A DNA stretch of 64,000 nt from the NCBI GenBank assembly GCA_963754315.1, contig CAVWFS010000001.1, positions 224,001-288,000 of the forward strand. The letters are read 5' to 3'. Source of the stretch: an uncultured Candidatus Rokubacteria bacterium. Its GTDB lineage: Bacteria; Methylomirabilota; Methylomirabilia; Rokubacteriales; CSP1-6. Numbering within the stretch: the stretch's first letter is position 1; each line of letters begins with the position of its first letter. A program made the translations under genes and the position numbers. The notes beneath the pieces are model-generated. The model made no database searches. It was not told the origin of the DNA and saw nothing but the letters and a program-made list of their open reading frames with translations. Positions 20,397 through 30,580 of this stretch are shown here, in pieces.

Positions 20397-21617
20397 TCAG
20401 GGCTCGATGATCGCGATCTGGTCGATCTTGCCCTTCCGGACCTGTTGCACGCTGAAAGGACGGGAGAGGATGTCACCGATCGTGTCGAAGTCGCACGAGC
20501 CCGAGGCGCCCTCGTAGTTGATCTTCTTGCCCTCACGCAAGAGCTTGGCGCCCTCCTCGAATGTGGAGACCGGGGTGCCGGGAGGATTGGAGATCGCTCT
20601 GAGATTGTCCTTGATGACAGTTCCCGACGCTTCCCCCTTGCCGGCCAGAAGGGCCAGGGCGACCAGGCTCATGTGATCCCACGACTGGGGCGCATAGGGG
20701 TTCTGGTCGGCACGGGGCACGGCGGTCGCGAACTGCTTGTAAGCGGGGGTATCGAACGCCGGGGCTGGATCCATCGACCAGATGCCCTCGGCCACCTCCG
20801 GGGTGGCGCTCTCGATAAACTTGGCGTTGATTGCGAAGCTCGGGCCGAGGATCGCCCCCTTGTAGCCTGCCTTGTACAGGTCCTTGGCGAGGACGGAGCT
20901 ATCGGGCGTATACCCCAGCGCCATGATGAGATCGGGGTTGGTAGCGAGTACGCGGGTCACCTCGCTGCGGTATGACGGCTTGTTAGCCTCGTAGATCAGG
21001 CTGTCGGTGATGACGACACCCGCCGGCTTGAGCGTCCCCGTGAACGTCTCGCCGAAGGGGACGGCGAAGGGTGTCTGCAGAGCCATGTAGGCGACCCGCT
21101 TCCATTCCTTCCGGGTCAGCACGTACTTCCCATACATCCGTCCCTGAAGCTTGGTGTTGGGTTGTGTCCGCGCGATGTAGCCGCCGTGGTTGCCCTCAGT
21201 GACGGCGTCCGCTCCCGAGACGCTGATCTCGAAAACCTTGGCCTCGACGCAGAGCGGCTTCACGGCGAGGGTGACCGCCGAAGCCCACGTGGAGAGGATG
21301 GCCACCACCTTGTTGACATCGATGAGCTTGCGGGCGGCTCGCACGGCCGCCTCCGCGTTCGTCTGGCTGTCCTCGTGGAAGAGCTGGAGGGGGCGCCCGT
21401 GAATGCCGCCGCTTGTGTTGATGCGCTCGGCCACGGTCGTCACCGAACGCTGCATATCCGGCCCGTACGATCCGCCCGCCCCGGTCAGCGGACAGAGGGT
21501 GCCGATCGGAATCGGCTCCTTCGATTGCCCGCGAAGCACAGGCGGCCGCCCCAGCGCGCTGGTCGTGAGCACGGTCCCCGAGGCCATGAGCATCTGCCGT
21601 CGCGTCAACACTCTCAT
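20397..21617 (-). CDS. LivJ-type ABC substrate-binding protein with a Tat-like signal
   Basis: MRVLTRRQML, IGTLCPLTG, INYEGASGSCDFD; SD GGAGG. Confidence 0.9.
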   Translation of the reverse strand: MRVLTRRQMLMASGTVLTTSALGRPPVLRGQSKEPIPIGTLCPLTGAGGSYGPDMQRSVTTVAERINTSGGIHGRPLQLFHEDSQTNAEAAVRAARKLIDVNKVVAILSTWASAVTLAVKPLCVEAKVFEISVSGADAVTEGNHGGYIARTQPNTKLQGRMYGKYVLTRKEWKRVAYMALQTPFAVPFGETFTGTLKPAGVVITDSLIYEANKPSYRSEVTRVLATNPDLIMALGYTPDSSVLAKDLYKAGYKGAILGPSFAINAKFIESATPEVAEGIWSMDPAPAFDTPAYKQFATAVPRADQNPYAPQSWDHMSLVALALLAGKGEASGTVIKDNLRAISNPPGTPVSTFEEGAKLLREGKKINYEGASGSCDFDTIGDILSRPFSVQQVRKGKIDQIAIIEP

Positions 21618-21618
21618 G

Positions 21619-22326
21619 TCAGCCTCCCAGATACAGGTGTCGAATCTCTGGATCGTCGAGGAGCGCGCGACCGGTCCCCTCAGCACGTGTCTGTCCCATG
21701 GTGAGCACGTAGCCACGATGGCAGAGCGCGAGTGCGGCGCGCGCGTTCTGCTCCACGAGCACGACGGTGACTCCGCGCCCATTGATTTCACGGACGCGGT
21801 CGAACGTTAATCGCTGGAGAGCCGGGGCGAGACCGGCCGACGGCTCGTCCAGGATCAGGAGGATTGGCTCGGTCATCATGGCCATGGCCAGGGCGAGCAT
21901 CTGACGCTCGCCCCCCGAGAGGGTGGCCGCACGCGCCCGACGGCGCTGGCGAAGGACAGGAAACAGATCGAAGACGGCGTCAGCCCGCTCGGCCCGCGTG
22001 GCGGGAGCGGTGTAGGCGCCCACGGTGAGATTTTCCCCCACGGATAGCGAGGCGAAGACGTTTGCTTCCTGAGGGACGTAGCAGAGGCCGCGGGCGATGA
22101 TCTCGGCCGGGCTCACACCGATCAGATCGTGATCCTGAAACCGCACGGCGCCCTGCCGGACCGGCAGCAGCCCCGCGATGGCCTTGAGCAGGGTGGACTT
22201 ACCAGCGCCATTGGGGCCGATGATGGCGACGATCTCGCCGGGCTCCACGCGCACGCTGAGGCCACGCAGGATCTCCTGGTCGCCATAGCCCGCCACGAGG
22301 TCGCGCACCTCCAGGATCGCGCTCAC
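21619..22326 (-). CDS. ABC ATP-binding protein (LivF-like)
   Basis: [30 protein letters not shown]. Confidence 0.9.
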   Translation of the reverse strand: MSAILEVRDLVAGYGDQEILRGLSVRVEPGEIVAIIGPNGAGKSTLLKAIAGLLPVRQGAVRFQDHDLIGVSPAEIIARGLCYVPQEANVFASLSVGENLTVGAYTAPATRAERADAVFDLFPVLRQRRRARAATLSGGERQMLALAMAMMTEPILLILDEPSAGLAPALQRLTFDRVREINGRGVTVVLVEQNARAALALCHRGYVLTMGQTRAEGTGRALLDDPEIRHLYLGG

Positions 22327-23096
22327 GTGGGTGGCCCCAGATACGCTTCGAGCACGCGGGGGTCGCGCCGGACCTCGGCAAAGGGCCCTTCTACCAATTT
22401 CCGCCCCTGGGCGAGCACGATCACCGGATCGCACAGCTCGGTCACCAGGTCCATGTCGTGCTCGATGAGAACGAAGGTCCGGCCCTGCGCGTGCAGATCG
22501 CGAATGCGCGCAACGAGCGCGCGCATGAGGGTCGGGTTCACTCCCGCGCCCGGCTCGTCGAGCAGGATGATGCGCGGATCCCCCATCAGCAGGCGCGCCA
22601 ACTCCAGGAGCTTCTTCTGACCGCCGGAGAGCGTCTCAGCGCGATCGTGGGCGAGCGGCGCCAACTCCATGAACTCCAAGATCTCGTGCGCACGCTGCGT
22701 GAGGTCGGCCTCCTGGCGCCGAACCCTGTCGGGCGCGGCGAATACGCCAGCCAGCGTCTCGCCACGCTGGTCCTTGGCGTAGACGAGCAGGTTTTCGAGC
22801 ACGGTCATCCGTCCGAGCGGGCGTGGGATCTGAAACGTCCGGCCCACCCCCAGACGGGCGATCGTGTGGCTCCGCAGCCCATCGAGGCGGCGCTTGCCGA
22901 GGTGAATTTGGCCAGCGTCGGGCCCGACGAGCCCGGTGATGGTGTTGAAAAGGGTGGTCTTGCCGGCGCCATTAGGCCCGATGAGCCCAGTGATGGTCCC
23001 TTGTGCAACGGCAAACGTGCACCCGGCCAGGGCCGCGACTCCCCCGAAGCTCTTGCTCACCTCGACTACCGTCAGGAGCGGGTCAGTCGCCCTCAT
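22323..23096 (-). CDS. ABC ATP-binding protein (LivG-like)
   Basis: SKSFGG, GPNGAGKTT, RTFQ, LDEPGAGVNP, IEHDM, EAYLG. Confidence 0.9.
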   Translation of the reverse strand: MRATDPLLTVVEVSKSFGGVAALAGCTFAVAQGTITGLIGPNGAGKTTLFNTITGLVGPDAGQIHLGKRRLDGLRSHTIARLGVGRTFQIPRPLGRMTVLENLLVYAKDQRGETLAGVFAAPDRVRRQEADLTQRAHEILEFMELAPLAHDRAETLSGGQKKLLELARLLMGDPRIILLDEPGAGVNPTLMRALVARIRDLHAQGRTFVLIEHDMDLVTELCDPVIVLAQGRKLVEGPFAEVRRDPRVLEAYLGPPT

Positions 23097-24265
23097 GCGT
23101 GGGGGGATCGACGCCAGGCGACCTCGACGTAGGAACGCTCCAGCTCCGACACCGATCCGCACCCGAGCAGCTTCATGGTACGCACAAGGTCCGCGCGCAG
23201 AATGTCGATGGCACGCATGACACCTGCCTCACCGCCCGCCCCCAGGCCGTACGCGTAGGCTCGGCCGATGAGGACGGCACGGGCGCCGAGCGCCAATGCC
23301 TTGACGATATCGCCGCCGCGGCGGATTCCACCGTCCAGCAGCACCTCGGTCTGTCCTCCTACCGCCTCGATGACCTCTGGCAACACGCGCAGAGTGGGGG
23401 CGACGCCATCGAGCTGACGCCCGCCGTGGTTCGACACGACCAGCGCGCTGGCGCCGACGCCCACCGCCCGCCGCGCATCGTCAGCCGTGTGTACACCCTT
23501 GATGACGATGGGGCCACGCCACGCGTCGCGGATCCAGCCGAGGTCGTCCCAGCTGACCGCGGAGGCCTCGAGGGCAAGGCCGACATCCGCGTAAGGCATG
23601 GGGCCGTCTGGCAGCATGACGTTCGGGAAGTGCATGAGCCCGCCGTCGGCCAGAAAGCCCTTCAGCCAGCGCGGGCGGGCCAGGAACTGTCCCACGAAGG
23701 GGGCCATCACCCACGGTCGTCGCGTGAGGAGCTCTTTGGTGCCGCCGCGTAGGTCGCGCTCGCGCATCCCTGACACCGGTGTGTCGATGGTGACCACGAG
23801 TGCCGAATAGCCGGCTGCGCGCGCGCGGGCGATGGTCGTCGTGGCTACCTCACGGCCGCCACAGAGATACAGCTGATACCAGCACGGGCCGCTCGAGGCT
23901 GCCTTCACCTCCTCCAGCCGCGTTCCCGACAAGGTCGACAGAATGTAGACCGTGCCCGTCGCGCCGGCGGCGTGGGCGGCCACGGCCTCGCCGCGGGGCC
24001 AGAACATCCGCGTGCTCCCCACCGGCGCTAGCAGGAACGGCAGGGCAAGGGGATGGCCGAGAACAGTCGTCTGTAGATCGACCTTATGGAGGGCCACCGC
24101 CGAGCGCGGGCGGAAGGTGACGTCGTCGAACACCCGGCAGTTCTCCCGGAGGGTCACTTCCGCGTCGGCACCGCCATCGATGTAGTCGAACACGACGCGA
24201 GGGAGCCTTCGGCCAGCCAGATCCCTGAGGTCGGCGACGTTGAGGGCACGCGCGACACTTGCCAT
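23093..24265 (-). CDS. FMN-dependent alpha-hydroxy acid dehydrogenase/oxidase
   Basis: FDYIDGGA, WYQLY, SNHGGRQLD, DGGIRRGGD, IGRAY. Confidence 0.92.
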   Translation of the reverse strand: MASVARALNVADLRDLAGRRLPRVVFDYIDGGADAEVTLRENCRVFDDVTFRPRSAVALHKVDLQTTVLGHPLALPFLLAPVGSTRMFWPRGEAVAAHAAGATGTVYILSTLSGTRLEEVKAASSGPCWYQLYLCGGREVATTTIARARAAGYSALVVTIDTPVSGMRERDLRGGTKELLTRRPWVMAPFVGQFLARPRWLKGFLADGGLMHFPNVMLPDGPMPYADVGLALEASAVSWDDLGWIRDAWRGPIVIKGVHTADDARRAVGVGASALVVSNHGGRQLDGVAPTLRVLPEVIEAVGGQTEVLLDGGIRRGGDIVKALALGARAVLIGRAYAYGLGAGGEAGVMRAIDILRADLVRTMKLLGCGSVSELERSYVEVAWRRSPHA

Positions 24266-24303
24266 GGCGAGGAGATTCTAGCGCACCGACCCCGGCGCAA
24301 CCG

Positions 24304-24720
24304 TCAGGCGTCGATGAGGAACACCCGTGTCCGGCGCACTCTCACCCCCTCGGTCGCGTCGCCGTCGACCATCGCCACCGTCACGCGAGCGCCGTGACGG
24401 GCGGTCACGATGACCCGTCGGGCGGAGTCGGGCCCGATGCACCAGGCCCGGTCGCCAACGGCGATCGTGCGGCTCGTCCATAGGCCCACCGCTCCGCTGA
24501 CCACTCGCCAGCGCAGGCGGAGGGCGGACACGGAGGCGAGGGCTCCCAAGATGATAAGGGCGGCCAGGGCAGCCGGGCCCGGAGCAAGGGACCCTGGCCA
24601 GACCATGAGCGCCAGCCACAGGAGGAGCCACCCGGCCAGCGCGTCGAGCCACCGCAAACGGCGTGCCCTTGCGATCCAGCGCTCCACCGGGGCGGGTGTG
24701 GGTCGGATCGGCGTTCGCAT
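24304..24720 (-). CDS. Hypothetical membrane protein
   Basis: 138-aa ORF with two hydrophobic segments filling the gap between genes. Confidence 0.55.
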   Translation of the reverse strand: MRTPIRPTPAPVERWIARARRLRWLDALAGWLLLWLALMVWPGSLAPGPAALAALIILGALASVSALRLRWRVVSGAVGLWTSRTIAVGDRAWCIGPDSARRVIVTARHGARVTVAMVDGDATEGVRVRRTRVFLIDA

Positions 24721-24792
24721 GCCCCCATTGTCGCGCAGGGGCGAGCGCCCCTAGGGTATCCTGTCGCGGCGGGAAGGGAGGACTCAGCACCG

Positions 24793-25584
24793 ATGGATCT
24801 CGAGCTCAAGGACAGAGTGGCCATTGTAGGCGGAGCCAGCAAGGGTCTTGGCCGCGCGTGCGCGGAGGTGCTGGCCGCCGAGGGCGCCAAGGTGGTGATG
24901 TGCAGCCGCTCGTCCGGGGACCTGGAGAAGGCCGCCCAGGAAATTCGCGACACCGCGCGCACGGACGTCATGGCCTTTGCCGGCGATCTGGACAAGCACG
25001 ACACCATCCGGGCTCTCATCGATGCCGCCGTCGCGCGGCATGGGCGTCTGGACATCATGATCAACAACTCGGGGGGACCGCCCTTGGCCCGCGCCCATAA
25101 TGCCACCGAGGAGCAGTGGGCGACCGCACTGGAGCGGTCGCTGCTGTTCTTCGCCCGGATGTCGCGCGAGGCCGTGCCCCACCTGAAGCGCTCCGGACGC
25201 GGTCGCATCATCAATGTCCTCGCCAGCACCGTGTACCAGCCCATCCCGAACCTCGTGCTGTCCGGCGTCACCCGTATGGGAGTGGTGGCCTTCGCCAAGA
25301 GCCTGGCCGACGAGGTGGGCCGTGACGGTATCCTCGTCAATAACGTCTGCCCGGGCTTTCTTCTGAGCGAACGGATGCTCTCCAACGTGGCCTCCCGGGC
25401 CAAGGAACTGGGGATTTCGGTCGAGGATGCCCTGGCTCAGCGGTCGGCCGAGACCGCAGTAGGACGCATCGGCGACCCGAAGGAGATGGCCTACTTGGTC
25501 GCGTTCCTCGCCTCTGGCAAGTCGAGCTACATCACGGGGACGACCATCCTCGTCGACGGTGGGCTCGTCCGCTCGGTCCTGTAA
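24793..25584 (+). CDS. SDR family oxidoreductase
   Basis: GGASKGLG, NNSGGPP, VNNVCPG, YITGTTILVDGG. Confidence 0.92.
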   Translation: MDLELKDRVAIVGGASKGLGRACAEVLAAEGAKVVMCSRSSGDLEKAAQEIRDTARTDVMAFAGDLDKHDTIRALIDAAVARHGRLDIMINNSGGPPLARAHNATEEQWATALERSLLFFARMSREAVPHLKRSGRGRIINVLASTVYQPIPNLVLSGVTRMGVVAFAKSLADEVGRDGILVNNVCPGFLLSERMLSNVASRAKELGISVEDALAQRSAETAVGRIGDPKEMAYLVAFLASGKSSYITGTTILVDGGLVRSVL

Positions 25585-25642
25585 CGGGGCCAGCGCTGAT
25601 ACAGGTTCTTGGTCGAGAGGGTCGAGAGCCTAGCGGGCGCTT

Positions 25643-26521
25643 CTAGACCTGCTCCACCGTCGCCGCCGTTCCAGCCACCGTGGTGCGGCGCATGTCGCGC
25701 GGCTGGCTTTCATCATAGCGCCGCACGCGATGCATCATCTGCCGGTTGTCCCACATGACCAGGTCTCCCGGTCGCCACCGGTGCACGTACACGAACTTTG
25801 GCTGGGTCGCATGCTCGTTGAGATCGCGCAAGAGGATGCGCGCCTCGGGCATCGGCATGCCGATGATGGCGCCGGCGTGAGACGAGAGATACAGCGACTT
25901 GCGCCCCGTCACCGGGTGCGTGCGCACGAGCCGCTGGCGGACGGGACGGAACATCGCCAGCTCCTCCTCCGAGTAGTCGACCATCCCCAGCGAGCCGCGG
26001 GAGTACATCAGCGAGTGCTCGCACACCAGGTCCTCGATGGCCGCCTTCGTCTCGTCGTCCAGGGCATCGTGAGCCGCGCGCATGTCGGCGAACTCGGTGT
26101 TGCCGCCTCGGGGGTTCACCACCCGCGCCGACAGGAGCGAGTACTTGGCGGGAATGGCTCGAAAGGAGCTGTCCGAATGCCAGAGCATGTTGCCGAGATT
26201 GAACAATCGCTGGCGGGACGCGCGATCGAGTGGCGCCCCGTCCTTGGCGAGATTCGAGACGTCATTCATTCCGACGGCCAGCCGCCGATCCTCAGGCTTC
26301 GTGATGTTGCCGCCCCGAGCGTTCTCCAGGGCCCCGAAGTTGAGCGAGAACGCCATCTGCTCCTCGTCGGTGATGTGCTGGTCGTGGAACACGAGCACGG
26401 CATAGCGGTCCATGCCTGCCTCGATCGCACCGACCTCTTCCGCCGCCAGTGACTTCCTCAAGTCAAGCCCCGACACCTCACCCACGAACACCGGATGGAT
26501 CTGACGGATCGAGGGCGCCAT
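25643..26521 (-). CDS. TauD/TfdA-family Fe(II)/2-oxoglutarate dioxygenase (TfdA-like)
   Basis: DVSNL, LWHSDSSF, GGNTEFADMRAA, HPVTGRKSLYLSSHA, WDNRQMMHR. Confidence 0.9.
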   Translation of the reverse strand: MAPSIRQIHPVFVGEVSGLDLRKSLAAEEVGAIEAGMDRYAVLVFHDQHITDEEQMAFSLNFGALENARGGNITKPEDRRLAVGMNDVSNLAKDGAPLDRASRQRLFNLGNMLWHSDSSFRAIPAKYSLLSARVVNPRGGNTEFADMRAAHDALDDETKAAIEDLVCEHSLMYSRGSLGMVDYSEEELAMFRPVRQRLVRTHPVTGRKSLYLSSHAGAIIGMPMPEARILLRDLNEHATQPKFVYVHRWRPGDLVMWDNRQMMHRVRRYDESQPRDMRRTTVAGTAATVEQV

Positions 26522-26611
26522 TCCTCCAAGCCCCTTCCTCGTGACGTTGCCAGAAGCCTACCGCGAATGGGCCGGGCCCGCCTCAGGTTTCCGCAGCTCA
26601 CCTGGAGTTGA

Positions 26612-26640
26612 TTGACAGATCAGCACGAAATCTCTACTGT
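26612..26640 (+). promoter_or_regulatory. sigma70-type promoter
   Basis: TTGACA-17 nt-TACTGT upstream of 26688. Confidence 0.55.
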
Positions 26641-26687
26641 GCGCGGGAGCCCACGAGACCTAGCCCTCGCTGCGGAGGGAAACGCCC

Positions 26688-27902
26688 ATGATGATTCGCT
26701 TGAACCGGACCTGCCGGCTGGCCGTGCCTCTCGCCAGCCTCCTCCTTCTCGCCTTCGTGGCTTCCACGGGGGCGGCTCCCGCCGGGCCGCCAATCCGGAT
26801 CGGGAGCACCTTGGCCCTCACGGGTCCGCTCGCCCAGACGGCGCTCCTGCACAAGATCGCCGGTGAGATCTACGTCGAGGAGCTGAACCGGGGTCAGGGC
26901 CTGCTCGGCCGGCCCGTGGAATGGATCATCCTCGATGATCAATCCAAGCCAGATCTCACTCGCAGTCTCTACGAGAAGCTGATCACCGTCGACAAGGTCG
27001 ACCTGCTCATGGGCCCGTACGCCACCAGCGCGATCCTGGCTGCCATGGGGGTGGCCCAGCGTTACCAGAAGCTGCTGATCCACAACTCCTTCGGGATGCC
27101 GCATCTGGCGAAGTACGAGATGCACATCCCGGTAAACCCCTTCGGACCGGAGCCGAACCGCACCATTCCGGCCATGGTCTTCGATGGCCTCGCGACAACG
27201 TCCACCCCGCCCAAGACGGTGGCCGTGGTGACCAGCAAGTTTCCGTCGACCCAGTTCATCTCGGCGGGGGCACGCGACGTGGCTGCTCAGCGGGGCTTGA
27301 AGGTCGTGCTCTACCTCGAGTACGAGTTTGGGACCCGCGACTACGGGGCGATCGCTGCGCGCGTGAAGGACGCCAAGCCCGACTTTCTGTGGGTGGGTTC
27401 GCTCGGCCTTGACAGCAATCAGCTCCTCGAGGCGATGCGCAAGCTCGACTACATACCGCCGCGGCACCTGCACCTCTTCCCGGCCCCGGGGCCTCTGGCT
27501 ACCGCGCCCGATGGCAAGCTAGCGCTCTCGACCACGGACTTCGAGGAGCACCCCCCGTTCACCAACAACCCTTTGGCCACGCGTTGGGTAGCCCTGTTCA
27601 ACGAGCGCGCCACCAAGGCAGGTGTCCCCTACGCCAGGGTCGATGCGCAGGCCGCCAACGAGTTCGCGGCGTGGCAGGTGCTGGAGGCCGCGGTCAACGC
27701 CACCAAGAGCCTCGACGACAAGGCACTCGCCCAGTGGCTCCGCAAAAACAAGGTCGATACGATCATCGGCCCGCTGCGGTTCGACGGACCCAACAACTTT
27801 GGGGACGATCTCACCAAGCTCAAGCAGGTGCAGGAGGGCAAGTGGGTCGTGGTGTGGCCGAAGGAGTATGCCGCGCCCGGCGCGCGTCTGCTTCCGCCCT
27901 GA
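26688..27902 (+). CDS. LivJ-type ABC substrate-binding protein
   Basis: Signal peptide; IRIGSTLALTG, GLLGRPVE, DDQS, YEKLITVDKVDLLMGPY. Confidence 0.9.
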   Translation: MMIRLNRTCRLAVPLASLLLLAFVASTGAAPAGPPIRIGSTLALTGPLAQTALLHKIAGEIYVEELNRGQGLLGRPVEWIILDDQSKPDLTRSLYEKLITVDKVDLLMGPYATSAILAAMGVAQRYQKLLIHNSFGMPHLAKYEMHIPVNPFGPEPNRTIPAMVFDGLATTSTPPKTVAVVTSKFPSTQFISAGARDVAAQRGLKVVLYLEYEFGTRDYGAIAARVKDAKPDFLWVGSLGLDSNQLLEAMRKLDYIPPRHLHLFPAPGPLATAPDGKLALSTTDFEEHPPFTNNPLATRWVALFNERATKAGVPYARVDAQAANEFAAWQVLEAAVNATKSLDDKALAQWLRKNKVDTIIGPLRFDGPNNFGDDLTKLKQVQEGKWVVVWPKEYAAPGARLLPP

Positions 27903-27918
27903 GCAAGGCGGCCGGCTC

Positions 27919-28770
27919 ATGCCGAGTCTGACCCTCCTCGGACAGTCGGTGATCTCAGGCTTGCTGGCGGGCGGACTCTATAGCCTGCTGGCGCTGGGCC
28001 TGAGCCTGAGCTGGGGTCTGCTGCGTCTGGTCAATCTCGGCCACTTCGCGCTTGCCTTCCTCGGCGCCTACCTCACCTACCACTTCGGCACCGTGCTGGG
28101 GCTCCACCCTGGGCTCTCCGTGCTCCTCATCGTGCCGCTCTTCTTCGCGCTCGGCGTGGGGCTGCACGCGATCTTCGTCCGCTTTGCTGTCACGGAGTTC
28201 ACGTCCTTGCTGGTGACGTTCGGGGTGACCGTCATCGTCGAGTCCATCATCCAGCTGGTGTGGACGGCCGATTTTCGTCGCTTCGAAACCCCGTACGCCA
28301 CTCTCTCCACCAAGGTCGGACCATTCTTCGTTCCCACCCTCGAGCTCTTGACGTGCCTGACGGCAGCCGCGCTGGCCTTTGCCACGTGGGCCTGGCTTCG
28401 TTTCACCTATGTGGGTAAGGCTCTGCGGGCGGCGGCCGAGGATCCAGCCATGGCGGCGGCCTTCGGCGTCAACCATCGCGCGCAGGCGTTCCTGTTGTCA
28501 GGCATCAGCGCGGCCTATGCTGGCGTGGCGGGCGGATATATCGCCCTCATCTCGACGTTGGCCCCCTCGCAGATCTGGGCGTGGCTCGGGGTCGTGTTCG
28601 CGGTCGTCATCATCGGAGGCCTCGCTCGCCCACTGGGGGCGCTCCTCGCGGGACTCCTCATCGGGGTCAGCGAATCGGTCACGATGGCCGTGGTCACGCC
28701 GGCGTGGGCCCCCCTCGTCTCCTTCTCGGTCCTCATCGGGCTTTTGGTTCTTCGCCCTGACAGAGCGTGA
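27919..28770 (+). CDS. LivH-like permease
   Basis: MPSLTLLGQSVISGLLAGG, VNLGH, FAVVIIGGL. Confidence 0.88.
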   Translation: MPSLTLLGQSVISGLLAGGLYSLLALGLSLSWGLLRLVNLGHFALAFLGAYLTYHFGTVLGLHPGLSVLLIVPLFFALGVGLHAIFVRFAVTEFTSLLVTFGVTVIVESIIQLVWTADFRRFETPYATLSTKVGPFFVPTLELLTCLTAAALAFATWAWLRFTYVGKALRAAAEDPAMAAAFGVNHRAQAFLLSGISAAYAGVAGGYIALISTLAPSQIWAWLGVVFAVVIIGGLARPLGALLAGLLIGVSESVTMAVVTPAWAPLVSFSVLIGLLVLRPDRA

Positions 28771-30580
28771 GCGCCCGTGGCCGTTTGACCACTGCGGGCC
28801 TGCTGGCGGCGGGTCTTGCTCTCGCCGTGCTGCCGGGGGTGGGACTTCCGGCCTTCTACGAATCCTTCCTCTATCTCGTTTTCAGCTGGGTCGCCCTGGC
28901 CACGAGCTGGAGCATCCTGAGCGGCTACGCCGGCTACTTCAGCTTCGGTCATGGCGCGTTTTTCGGGGCGGGCATGTACACGACGGCGACCTTGGCCGCC
29001 GGCTATGGGCTGCCCTTTCTGTGGACACTGCCCGTTGCCGGAGTGGTGGCAGCGCTCCTCGCATGGGGGATCGGGGCGGTCGTGTTCCGGGTCAAGCGAC
29101 TCCGGGGCGAGCTGTTCGGGCTGCTGACTCTCGCGATCACGTTCGTGCTGGCCACCATCGTGCTCAACACGGCCATCGACGGTGGACCTGGCGTCTACCT
29201 GAGCGGAGTGCCGATGCCGAGGCTGGTGGGGTCGCCGACCGGGACGATCTACCTTCTTGGCCTCGGGCTGGCTGTGATGACCCTGGCGACCGCCTACGCC
29301 ATCACGCGCTCGCGTTTCGGCCTCGGTCTGTTCGCCATCCACGACGACGAGGACGTGGCTGAGGTCAAGGGCGTGCCGACGTTCCGGTACAAGCTGACGG
29401 CCTTCGTGATCTCGGCCGGCATTGCCGGGGTGGCGGGCGGCGTCCAGGCCATGTACGTCGGGTACGTCACCGTCGCCGAAACGTTCGCCATCACGGTCCC
29501 GCTCTATGTCGTGCTCATGAGCATCCTGGGCGGAGCGCGGCACTGGCTGGGTCCGGCGGTCGGGGCTGTCATTATCACCGCGTCCCTCTACGCCTTCACG
29601 GGCGGCGAGTCGGCGGTTCTGGGGCGTGCGGTGGTAGCCTTCGCCCTGGTCCTCGTCATCTTGCTCCTTCCCGACGGGGTGGTACCGTCAGTGCGAAGAC
29701 GGTGGCTCGCGTGGCGCGCGGGCGCCCATCACCTCGACCAGGAGACCTCATCTCCGCACCAGGCTCCGCTCCCCGTGACTTCTCGCGTCGCTGTGGCCTC
29801 TGCCGTTCCCTCTGCGACCTCGCACGTCGGCGAGACCCGGGGTCCGTCACGCCGCCACTGCTCGAGTGTCATGAGGTGTGGAAGGCCTTCGGAGGAATCC
29901 AGGCGCTGCGCGGAGTCAGCCTCACCATCGCGCCGGGCGAAATCGTCGGCCTCGTGGGCCCCAATGGCTCCGGCAAGACGACGCTCATCAACGTGATCAG
30001 CGGGCACTACGGGGCCGACCGAGGTCGGATCGACCTGGCCGATACGAGATTGTCGGTGCGGGCGGCCCACGAGATCGCGGGGCTCGGGGTGTCACGCACG
30101 TATCAGATCCCGCGCCCCTTCACTCACCTGACGGTGCTGGAGAACGTCGCTCTGGCCGCCACCTTCGGGCCTGGTCGGTGCTCGGCGCGCCAGGCCCAAG
30201 CCGACGCGCGGGAATGGCTGGCCTTCACCGGCCTCGAGAGACGGGCGGAGGCGCTCCCCGCTGCGTTGAACTTGCACGAGCGGAAGTTTCTCGAGCTAGC
30301 GCGGGCGCTCGCCGCCCGTCCGCGCGTGATCCTGCTCGATGAGGTGCTGTCGGGGCTGAACCCGACGGAGATTGCCAGCGCGATTCGCCTGATCCAGCAG
30401 ATCCGAGAGGGCGGCGCCACCATCCTCTTCGTCGAGCACGTGATGCGGGCCGTGCTCGAGCTGTCGAACCGGGTGGTCGTGCTGAACGAGGGTGAGGTGA
30501 TCGCCGCCGGGAGCCCGCACGAGGCCATGCGTGATCCCCACGTGATCCGTGTCTACCTCGGCAAGGCCCATGCTGCTTGA
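28767..30580 (+). CDS. Probable LivM-LivG permease/ATPase fusion split by a frameshift near 29840
   Basis: The permease (GYAGYFSFGHG...LLPDG) has no stop before the ATPase (KAFGG, GPNGSGKTT, LDEVLSGLN) begins in another frame. Confidence 0.75.
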
